Assembly (NCBI GenBank): GCA_000092065.1
Contig: CP000593.1
Length of the DNA stretch: 64,000 bases
Source of the DNA: Ostreococcus lucimarinus
Taxonomy: Eukaryota
Strand: one strand, 5' to 3'
Notes under the pieces: model-generated
What the model was told of the DNA's origin: nothing
Database searches by the model: none
Seen by the model: the letters and a program-made list of their open reading frames with translations, nothing else
Program-made: the position numbers and the translations under genes
Shown here: positions 38,542 through 46,735 of the stretch, one piece after another
How the letters are laid out: each line of letters starts with the position of its first letter
How positions within the stretch are numbered: position 1 is the stretch's first letter

Positions 38542-38982
38542 GGCGGCGGCGACGAAACGACGCGCTCGAGGACGACGCGCGGGATCACGAGCGGTCGCGC
38601 GTCGACGCGCGACGCGCGCGGCGCCGGTCTCGCGATTCGCGCGCGCGTCGGCGTCGCGTCGCGCGTCGATCGGCGCGCGGCGGTGTGGCGACGGCGGCGC
38701 CACTCGTCGGCGCGAATCGCGCGCGCGCGACGCGCGCGATGGACGCGGCGCGCGCGAAGCGGCGCGAGCGGGCGCACAAACTGCGCGCGCGCGATCACGA
38801 GGCGCGTGACGGCGCGCGCGACGCGACGCGAGGGCGACGCGTTCGGGAATTCGCGACGCGGCTGGGATTTCGCGACGACGCGCGGGGACGCGGGCGCGAC
38901 GAAAGGATCGAGGCGCGCGACGGCGCGAGCGCGCGACTGACGAGGGCGAAAGATTCGCGCGCGCGCGCAGAACGACGCGCAC

Positions 38983-41616
38983 TTGAAGAGGCTGGATGCG
39001 ATTTTGGGTCGATTGCGGCGCGCGCAGCCGACGCTCTCGGCGACGTTCGACGCGGCGGCGCTGTCGAAACAGATCCAACGCCTGCTGACGGCGGAGGATA
39101 AGGTGCTGGGAAGCGGTGGATGCGGAGAGACGTCGACGTCGGGACGCGGACGGCGAGATGGGTGCGTGCGGGTGCCGCACGAATTGTGGCGAGACGCGAC
39201 GCCGCGAGGGGCGCTGTTCGAGGCGCTGCAGACGTACGTGGAGTGGCGACGGGAGGGGAAGCTGGCGAAGGACGCGAGCGATGACGACGGGCGCGAAGAG
39301 TTCGAGGGATACTTTCGAGCGGTGCGGGAAAAGTTGATCGAGCGCGGACATTTGGGGTTTGTGAAAATTTACATCGCCGACGACGTGGAACGCGCGAGGG
39401 AATTGAAGACGCTGGCGAGGGCGATGCGGGCGACGTTGGCGGCGTCCGCGGATGAGCCAGGGGTGACGCACGTCCTACGCACGGATGATTCGGTGAATGA
39501 CGACGAGATCGAGGACGGCGCGTTGTGGCGAATCACGGAGACGAGAGTGGCGACGTCGAGTGGAAAGACGGAGCAAAGGTTACACTTTTGGTTTTATCCG
39601 GATTCGTACGACGCCTGGTACGCGGATTCGTCGATTAGTGGTAAGGGGAAAGCGCCGTGGGCGCCGGAGACGAGCGTGATTTTGAGAAATAAAGCGGAGA
39701 AGAGAAACGACCTGCCGCACAACGTGCGCGCGCGATGGTTGCGCGACAGTCACACGTTTAACGAGTGGATGAACGAGCTCGATTACGAGTACGACGTGAC
39801 GCGCGAAATGTTGAGCGCGCCGCGGCACGCGTGGGATCCATCGAACGCGCCACAAAACAAACGCGCGCGTGCGCCCGAAAACTTTGAGGGTGATGCCGAA
39901 ATTCTCGCTCCAGGAGAAGAGGAACGCGTGCCGTGGGGGTTTGCCGTCACGCGTCGTCGCGTCGTTCGCGCGCATCCAGTCGTCGCGGCGGCGGCGAGTC
40001 AAGACGACGGCGCACTCGTCTTGCAAGACGACGAAGAACTAATCACGAAAGAGTTCATGATTGCGAAAACGCTACGCATGCAGAATATCTCGGTGGATCA
40101 GTTGCCGTGGAATGCGACGCCGTCAATGCGCAAAGCCGAGCGTAAAGCCGAGCCTTTAACGGAGTACAGAGTGCCGACGCACAGCGCTTGGTTCAAATGG
40201 GGCGAAGTTCACGCCATCGAAAGACGTGCGTTGCCAGAATTCTTCGACGATGATGACACGTGTCAAAAGTACATCGCGTGTCGAAACGAAATCATGAATC
40301 AGTTTCGCTTCAAAGGCCAAGAGGTTACGTTGCATGAAGTGTCTTCGTCAAGAACGACAAAAAATATTGTCGACGCCGCCGCGCATCAGAGAATTTTCTC
40401 ATTTCTCGAGCAGTGGGGATTGATTAATTGGCAATTCACATCCGGACGTGATGTGATTGACTTGAAACAAAAACCTCTCGCCGCGTGGCGTCGCATCGTC
40501 ACTGGCGAGGATGGCGCGGCGCGTGTCGAGAAGACGGATCCCTTAGCCGCCTTCAAAGGGACGTTGTTCGAGTTTTCGAAATGTCGTGCGACGACTGCGA
40601 GTGGTTTACACCCGCTCGAACCGCAGTCGAGATATGCGCCGTCTTCGGAAACGCAACTCGAGCGTCAATCTTTGGATGCGTTGTTTGCCTCTCACGACGC
40701 GCTGTCAAAGCGTGGGGTCGACGTCAAGTTTGCGTGCAACGCGTGCGGCGCTGATTTAAAGAGCACTGGCGTTTTTTACCACGCGTTTCTCACGCGTGAT
40801 TTTGATTTGTGCCCATCGTGCTTTTCCAAAGGCGTGTACCCGCACGGCCAAGCGAGCGGCGACTTTGTCAAGGCAATGTACCCAGACTTTCACGCCGAAG
40901 CCGTCTCGGCGGACGAAATCGTCGACGACGCCGAGTGGACGCCGCAGGAGGTCGCCGCCCTGCTCGATGCAATTTCGCAGTCGAATGAGTTAAATTGGAA
41001 CGATATTGCTTCTGCGGTCGGGACAAAGAGCGAGGATGAGTGCTTGAAGCACTTCGCGCGCATGCCCATCGAAGACGCCGCGATTGAAAACATAGAGCGC
41101 GAGTTACTTGTGCCGCGCGGCGCCATCATCGATGATGAGGGAGCCAAGATCCTCGATCCTGTGCCTTTCTCATTCGCCCCAAACCCCACGATGGCTCAGC
41201 TCGAGTTTTTGGTGAGCATGATCTCCCCTCGCGTCGCCGCTGCGTCGGCGAAAGCCGCGCTGACGAAAATCGCGCTCGGCGGGTCGCTCGACGCCGCCGA
41301 CCTCAACGTCGACGGTCTCGCCGCTGCCGCCATTCAAGCCAAGATCCTGGCCCAAGACGAAGAACACGAAGTTCATCGCATCATCGCCAGTGCTCTGGAC
41401 GTCTTGCTGAAAAAGCTCGAAATTAAGCTCAGATTCCTCGGCCGACTGGTCGACGACGAGCCGGAGACGGCGAGCCGTCTCGCCAAGCTTCGAGAGGAGT
41501 CCGCGCGCAATCGAACGAACGATCTGTACACGCGCGACGTGCAATCCGCGCGACACAAGGAACACATAGCCACGATTCATCGTTTACGACAGCAGCTCGC
41601 CGGTCTGTCGTCTTAG
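38983..41616 (+). CDS. SWI3/SMARCC-like chromatin-remodelling subunit (SWIRM + ZZ zinc finger + SANT)
   Basis: SWIRM (…PTHSAWFKWGEVHAIERRALPEFFDDDDTCQKYIACRNEIMNQF…EQWGLINWQ), ZZ finger (CNACGADLKSTGVFYHAFLTRDFDLCPSCFSKG) and SANT (WTPQEVAALLDAISQSNELNWNDIASAVGTKSEDECLKHF) are present. The track start at 38983 is TTG and the first in-frame ATG is at 39424, so the true 5' end is unresolved. Confidence 0.65.
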   Translation: MKRLDAILGRLRRAQPTLSATFDAAALSKQIQRLLTAEDKVLGSGGCGETSTSGRGRRDGCVRVPHELWRDATPRGALFEALQTYVEWRREGKLAKDASDDDGREEFEGYFRAVREKLIERGHLGFVKIYIADDVERARELKTLARAMRATLAASADEPGVTHVLRTDDSVNDDEIEDGALWRITETRVATSSGKTEQRLHFWFYPDSYDAWYADSSISGKGKAPWAPETSVILRNKAEKRNDLPHNVRARWLRDSHTFNEWMNELDYEYDVTREMLSAPRHAWDPSNAPQNKRARAPENFEGDAEILAPGEEERVPWGFAVTRRRVVRAHPVVAAAASQDDGALVLQDDEELITKEFMIAKTLRMQNISVDQLPWNATPSMRKAERKAEPLTEYRVPTHSAWFKWGEVHAIERRALPEFFDDDDTCQKYIACRNEIMNQFRFKGQEVTLHEVSSSRTTKNIVDAAAHQRIFSFLEQWGLINWQFTSGRDVIDLKQKPLAAWRRIVTGEDGAARVEKTDPLAAFKGTLFEFSKCRATTASGLHPLEPQSRYAPSSETQLERQSLDALFASHDALSKRGVDVKFACNACGADLKSTGVFYHAFLTRDFDLCPSCFSKGVYPHGQASGDFVKAMYPDFHAEAVSADEIVDDAEWTPQEVAALLDAISQSNELNWNDIASAVGTKSEDECLKHFARMPIEDAAIENIERELLVPRGAIIDDEGAKILDPVPFSFAPNPTMAQLEFLVSMISPRVAAASAKAALTKIALGGSLDAADLNVDGLAAAAIQAKILAQDEEHEVHRIIASALDVLLKKLEIKLRFLGRLVDDEPETASRLAKLREESARNRTNDLYTRDVQSARHKEHIATIHRLRQQLAGLSS

Positions 41617-41675
41617 TCGCCTCGCGCTTGCAGCAACAAAGCCGTAAGCCGTCACAACTCGCCTCGCCTCGAAAC

Positions 41676-42413
41676 ATGACCACCCGGCAGTTGACGATCC
41701 AAATCGTCTCCGACGTCGTGTGACCTTGGTGTTACGTCGGCGTGAAGAACCTCGACCGCGCGCGCGCCGCGCTTCGTCCCGACGTCGCGTCCTCCCGGGC
41801 CGTTTGGCGACCATTTCAGCTCGTGAGTTCTCATGATTGGCGGCGAATGGGCGCCGACGTCGCGCGCGCGGGCGTGAACAAGCGCTCGTGGTACAACGAA
41901 CGATTCGGCGCCGATACGGTGGCGACGTTCGAGCCCAGGCTCGCGAGCGCGTTCGCGAAGGCGGGGATCGAGGGCGCGTACACGCTCGACGGCAACACCG
42001 GCGACACGAGACCTGCGCACCGCGTCGCGGCTTACGCCGAGGAAACGCACGGCCCGGCGGCGCAGGACGCCTTCATGCGCGCCATGTTCCACAGATACTT
42101 CATCGAAGCGCTCGCGCCGTGCGACGAAGCCGTGATGAGAGACGCGGCGAGCGCCGCGGGTTTGGACGAAGCGGCGGTTTCCAAAGTGCTCGCCGACGGC
42201 GAGGCGTCGCCGTTCGAGACGGTCGTGGAGGAGCAAATGTCGGCGACGCGCGCGCGCGTTCGCGGCGTGCCGCACTTCATCATCACGTGCGACGGCGACG
42301 GTGCGTCGCGAAAGATTGAGATCGGCGGCGCGCAACCGCCCGAGGCGTTTTTGGACGCGTTCGCCGAGCTTTTGGATTTGGACGCCGACGACGTCGCAGC
42401 GACGAAGTCCTAA
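41676..42413 (+). CDS. DsbA/FrnE-like thioredoxin-fold oxidoreductase with in-frame TGA (41721-41723) at the first Cys of the CxxC motif: candidate selenoprotein (UPWC)
   Basis: ATG at 41676. The translation reads MTTRQLTIQIVSDVV-[TGA]-PWCYVGVKNLDRARAAL…, which is the canonical DsbA/FrnE N-terminal motif SDxxCPWCYxGxxxL with TGA replacing the first Cys. The frame stays open to TAA at 42411-42413 and encodes a full DsbA-like domain (…RARVRGVPHFIITCDGDG…). TGA is a normal stop in neighbouring genes. Confidence 0.55.
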
Positions 42414-42580
42414 AACGACCGGCGACGATAACGTGACCGCGGTGGTTCGTAAACGCGCGCGTCGACGCGCGCGCGAGAGCACCGCGCGATTAATTCCATC
42501 GACACTCGCCGTCGCGGCTCCTGCGCCTCGCCGGCGCCCGCGTCCACACTTCCAGCCTCCTCGCGCGCGCGCGCGTCGTC

Positions 42581-43105
42581 ATGTCCGTCGCGAACGCGCT
42601 CGCATCGACGCAGCGCATCGTCCGTAACCTTCGGAACGTCCCCGTCGCGTCCTCGCGCGCGACGCGCGCGCGCGCGATGCGCGCGACGCGCACAAAGTCG
42701 CTCGCTGAAGAAATCGAGATACAGGGCGTCCATCACGTCGCGGTGATTTGCGACGACCTCGAGCGCTCCATGGCGTTCTACGGCGGATTGCTCGGATTGA
42801 AAATTAACCCCGAGCGTCCGGAGGATAAATTGCCGTACCGCGGGGCGTGGTTGTGGATCGGGCCGGAGATGATTCACTTGATGGAGCTGCCGAACCCCGA
42901 CTGCGCGCACGCCGAGTTTCGTCCGACGCACGGGGGGCGAGATCGACACTTTTGCATCGGAGTGAAACGCATCCAGCCCTTGATCGATGCGTTAGAGCGA
43001 GAAAATATCGCGTACACGGCGAGTAAGTCGGGGAGGCCGGCGATATTCTTTCGGGATCCAGATTGCAACACGCTCGAGGTCGTCGAGGGGCTGGAGTGGC
43101 GTTGA
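42581..43105 (+). CDS. Glyoxalase/VOC-family protein (lactoylglutathione-lyase-like fold) with N-terminal targeting-like peptide
   Basis: …VHHVAVICDDLERSMAFYGGLLGL… and …FFRDPDCNTLEVVE… are typical VOC/glyoxalase βαβββ module signatures. ATG is at 42581. Confidence 0.65.
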   Translation: MSVANALASTQRIVRNLRNVPVASSRATRARAMRATRTKSLAEEIEIQGVHHVAVICDDLERSMAFYGGLLGLKINPERPEDKLPYRGAWLWIGPEMIHLMELPNPDCAHAEFRPTHGGRDRHFCIGVKRIQPLIDALERENIAYTASKSGRPAIFFRDPDCNTLEVVEGLEWR

Positions 43106-43220
43106 GCGGCAGACTTTGGCAGGGGGTACGTTAGAGCGTAGGGCGCGAATTATATGTATGCTATAGTAGAAATATTCAAAGAATTTGGTTCGTTTACTAG
43201 GTGCTAACTCGTTGGTTTCA

Positions 43221-44507
43221 CTACTCAACGGACGTCGCGTCGACACCGCAGAGCGTCGTCGGCGGCTTTTCGATAACGTGCCCGGGGCCCCAGAATCCCA
43301 TGCAATCTCCCGCGCACGTCGCGAGCTCGCGCCCGGAGTTGCGACAAAACGCGACGTCACGGCGATCGCACGCACCGCCCGCCTCGCGACGTTTGAGCTC
43401 GGCTTCCATGCGCGTAAAACATTTGCGAAGCGTGCGTCGCTTGTTCGCCGTCGATTTTGGATCCGCGTCGAAGAGCTCCCGCTCCATGCACTTCATGCGT
43501 TCGATCCGCGCCGTCAAGTCCTCTGCCGTTAAATGAGGGACAGCATACATGGAGTATACGCCATCGAGATTGGCGTGGTGCGAACACGTCCACTCGCCGC
43601 GATTCGACGTCGACGTTTGACACCGCTCGCAGAGGACGAGTGGGAATCTGCAGACGACGCAAACTGCGCAGCTTCGAAGCTTTGGTTCACCGTCTCGACA
43701 TCGCTGACAGTTCCACACCTCTCCGTCGCAATCGACCTTCCCGCTCTTTGGCATCACCCCGCGCTTATCGAACGTAAAATTCTTCCCGAGAAACAAACAT
43801 TCCTCGCTCCCGCCGTACGCTTCCAAGTACTCGTGAATGCCGCCTTGTAACTGATAAACTTTCGCGACATCCGGCGCTTTCTTCTCTAAATAAATCGCCG
43901 CTTTCTCACACCGAATGCCTCCGGTGCAATACATGAACACCTCCTTCCCCGAACTCTCTCGCGCCGCCGAATCCAAAAACCGTCCGAGCTCTTGCATGTT
44001 CCTCGCGTCCGGGCATCTCGCGCCTCTAAATTTCCCCACGATGCTCTCGTTTTCGTTCCTCAGATCCAACACCGTCGCCTCGCCGTCGCGCGCCTTCAAC
44101 GCTTCGTGGAACTCTTTCGGGCTCAGGTGCACCACTTTTTCGCGTCGTTCGTGCGCCAATCGCTCGCCCCATCCCACGAGTTCGCGCACCGTCTCGACGC
44201 GCGCGTCGTGGAACACTTGCTCGCTCGCGAGTGACGTCTTGTAAGGCATCGTCTCGCACCCCGGCACGAGCTCGCGGAGCAGCGCCTGGAACATCGGCAG
44301 CGCGCCGGACCGTCGCGATCCGCACGCGGTGCCGTTGACGCCCTCGCGCGCGACCAGCACGCGACCTTTAAAGTGCGCCGCGTGTTCGGCAAAGAAACTT
44401 TTGAGCGTCGACGCCACGGCGTCCGGGCGCTCGATCGCGGTGTAGGCGTAGAAGAGCACGACGTCGTGGACGTCGTCGCCGTCGGGCGCGGCGGCGTCGG
44501 GCGCCAT
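43221..44507 (-). CDS. Rhodanese-domain tRNA U34 hydroxylase TrhO/UPF0176-like protein with C-terminal Cys-rich tail
   Basis: The N-terminal UPF0176 block (VVLFYAYTAIERPDAV…KGRVLVAREGVNGT) is followed by a rhodanese active-site region (…MYCTGGIRCEKA…). ATG reverse complement is at 44505-44507. Confidence 0.65.
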   Translation of the reverse strand: MAPDAAAPDGDDVHDVVLFYAYTAIERPDAVASTLKSFFAEHAAHFKGRVLVAREGVNGTACGSRRSGALPMFQALLRELVPGCETMPYKTSLASEQVFHDARVETVRELVGWGERLAHERREKVVHLSPKEFHEALKARDGEATVLDLRNENESIVGKFRGARCPDARNMQELGRFLDSAARESSGKEVFMYCTGGIRCEKAAIYLEKKAPDVAKVYQLQGGIHEYLEAYGGSEECLFLGKNFTFDKRGVMPKSGKVDCDGEVWNCQRCRDGEPKLRSCAVCVVCRFPLVLCERCQTSTSNRGEWTCSHHANLDGVYSMYAVPHLTAEDLTARIERMKCMERELFDADPKSTANKRRTLRKCFTRMEAELKRREAGGACDRRDVAFCRNSGRELATCAGDCMGFWGPGHVIEKPPTTLCGVDATSVE

Positions 44508-44645
44508 CGCGCTGGGCGTCGCGCGAGGCGCGACGCGTTGTACGGCGACGGCGGGCGGCGGCTGCGGGACGGAGGAACGAAGGAGGAACGACTATCGAGC
44601 GCTGGGCGCGTCCCTACAAACAAATGATTCTAACGTCGCGCGCGC

Positions 44646-46511
44646 TCAAAACGTGTGCGAGCTGGTGTCGGTGTTGGGCATGTCGCGGCCTTCGGGAGAT
44701 TTCGTGTACAGACTCTCCTGTAGGTACGTCGCGATGCGCGACGACACGGGCCGAATGTCGGGATCGTTCTTGGCGTCCAACTTTGGAAGAAACTCTCGAT
44801 GGATGAGTTCGAGGACTTTGACGAACTGACCGCGATACGCCGCGTACATGCGAAAGCCGGCGATTTTGAGGAATGAGTCCAGAGCCACCGCGGTGTGGCG
44901 ATTGGGCGGACATCTGTTCAACAGACGCGCGAGCCATCGCCACGCGGCGTCGACGCCGTGTGGGTGATTCGGCGCGTCGACTTGTAAAAACGCGGCGTAA
45001 AAGAGCATGCTACCCGTCATGCGATCGACGTAGGAATCCGTGGTTTCGAACGCCGTGCCTTCATCGTTTTTGACGTACCCCATGAGACTGTAGTATTCGT
45101 CGTCGGTGGCGTAACGTCCCGGAACAAACGGGTAATACTTCGGCACCGCGTTGACGCAAACCTCGTGTATGAGGGCGACGAGCAAGACACCAAACCTCGG
45201 TACGTCGATCGCGATACTCACCGCGACTTCGGCGAGCGCAAACGCGTAGCGATTGAGTTTGGCCACCTGCACGTCGCACTGCGAGAGCATCTTTTTCGCG
45301 ATGCTCATCAACGCGAACGTCTTTTGAGGCTCCTGCAATTGCACCAGCAGCATCATGATGTCTCGACTCTTCTTATTGATTTGCTCCTTCGTCGCCGCGA
45401 TTTGTTGCACGTGCACCACGATGGTGTTCGTGAGTTTCCGGCGTTCCAATTTCGCCGTCGGATGCGACTGATACTCGGCCACCATCGCGCGCGCCTCGAC
45501 GAGCGTCTTGGCCAAGTTCGTTTCCTGCTCCAACGCCTCCGCCGCCGCGGCGACGCGCGGGATTTCTCCCGTGGCTTTACCACTGACGTAATCGCTCGCC
45601 GCCTGCTTGCGCTTCGCTTCCTCTTCGCGCGCCTTTTCCTTCGCCTCTTCCTCCGCTCGCTTCTTCGCCGCCTCGGCGTCCTCCTCCGCCTTTTTCCTCG
45701 CCGCCTCCTCCGCCTCTTGCCGCCGCTTTTCCTCCTCAACTCTCGCGCGCTCCGCCGCTTCCTTCGCCTCCGCATCCGCCGCGACCGCGCGCATGACGAG
45801 CGCGTCCGTCTCCTCTCTCGCCAGTTGCGCCGCCGCCGCGCGCGCCTCCCGCGCCCGTCGCGCGTCGTCGAACAGCGCCTCATCCGCCGCCCGCAACCGC
45901 GCCCCGATCGATTTTACGGTTTCTAAATTCATCGCCAACTCTCGGGTTTCCATCTCTCGCGCCACCGCGAGCTCCAACTCCAACGACGCGATTCGTTTCG
46001 CCGCCGTCGCGCGCGCGCGTTCCCGTCTCGCCCTCGCTCGTTCAAACGCATCCTGTCTCGCTCGTCCGACGGCGATGATCGTCCTCGATCCAATCGCGTT
46101 CGCGACCGTGTCCACGGAGCCATCATCGCTCGATCCATCGCCGTCGGCTTTCGCTCGCGCCTTCGCTCGCGCGTCTTCGTCGTCGTCTTCGTCCTCGTCC
46201 GACGCCTCCGGCGCGCGCACGCGCCTCGCGCGCCACGTACGACGTCCGCGCGCGCCACCGATGACGACCGGCGCGCACACGTCCTCGTCATCGCTCGACG
46301 ACGTCGACGTCGACGCCACGGCGTCGTCGAACGTCAACGTTCTCGACATGCGCGCGATTTCGCGAATCAATTCCCTCGCCTCGTCGTCGTTCGCGCGCGC
46401 TCGCGCGCCGCGCCCCTCGTCGTCGCGCCGCGCGCGCGTCGCGTCGACGTCGACCGCGATTCGCGCGCGCTCGGCGCCGCGCCGCGCGTCGAGGCGTCGT
46501 GTGAGGATCAT
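44646..46511 (-). CDS. GLE1: GLE1-like mRNA-export factor / nucleoporin
   Basis: A central coiled-coil (…KKAEEDAEAAKKRAEEEAKEKAREEEAKRK…) is followed by a C-terminal GLE1 domain (…AAWRWLARLLNRCP…HTAVALDSFLKIAGFRMYAAYRGQFVKVL…). The track ORF extends to 47153 through an R/A/P-rich leader. The Met at 46511 is chosen as the start. Confidence 0.5.
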   Translation of the reverse strand: MILTRRLDARRGAERARIAVDVDATRARRDDEGRGARARANDDEARELIREIARMSRTLTFDDAVASTSTSSSDDEDVCAPVVIGGARGRRTWRARRVRAPEASDEDEDDDEDARAKARAKADGDGSSDDGSVDTVANAIGSRTIIAVGRARQDAFERARARRERARATAAKRIASLELELAVAREMETRELAMNLETVKSIGARLRAADEALFDDARRAREARAAAAQLAREETDALVMRAVAADAEAKEAAERARVEEEKRRQEAEEAARKKAEEDAEAAKKRAEEEAKEKAREEEAKRKQAASDYVSGKATGEIPRVAAAAEALEQETNLAKTLVEARAMVAEYQSHPTAKLERRKLTNTIVVHVQQIAATKEQINKKSRDIMMLLVQLQEPQKTFALMSIAKKMLSQCDVQVAKLNRYAFALAEVAVSIAIDVPRFGVLLVALIHEVCVNAVPKYYPFVPGRYATDDEYYSLMGYVKNDEGTAFETTDSYVDRMTGSMLFYAAFLQVDAPNHPHGVDAAWRWLARLLNRCPPNRHTAVALDSFLKIAGFRMYAAYRGQFVKVLELIHREFLPKLDAKNDPDIRPVSSRIATYLQESLYTKSPEGRDMPNTDTSSHTF

Positions 46512-46735
46512 TCTGCAAAGATACCGAGGTCGCGTCGTCAGTTTCCGACGCGCGGCGCGCGCTCGCGGCGCCGGACGACGTCTCGCGGCGCGCGCGCGCG
46601 CGCGATCGACGCGCGCGTCCCGTCGCGCGCGCGACGCGGCGGAACGCGCCGGCGCGCGCGCGCGACGCCGCGGAACGCGACCGACCGCTCGCGCGCGTCG
46701 GCGGGTCGTCGCGCGCGCGCGCGACGGTCGACGCC

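Noticed and set aside
37705-38940. 411-aa plus-strand ORF inside the PRMT locus
   Set aside because: It is antisense to the PRMT coding sequence and low complexity.
36817-39471. Full 884-aa extent of the track ORF for the PRMT gene
   Set aside because: Upstream of Met 38541 the frame is R/P/A-rich and overlaps the SWI3-like gene region. The PRMT core plus acidic N-terminus begins at 38541.
41716-41820. Possible intron (GTGTGA…TTTCAG) that would splice out the in-frame TGA of the DsbA-like gene
   Set aside because: Removing it would delete the conserved PWCYVG…LDRARAAL segment of the DsbA/FrnE motif, which is encoded in frame immediately after the TGA. The TGA is therefore exonic.
42434-42474. 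Putative SECIS element in the DsbA-like 3' spacer
   Set aside because: It has a non-canonical GUGA quartet and poor helix II pairing when folded by hand. It is reported only as a weak candidate in the findings, not as a feature.
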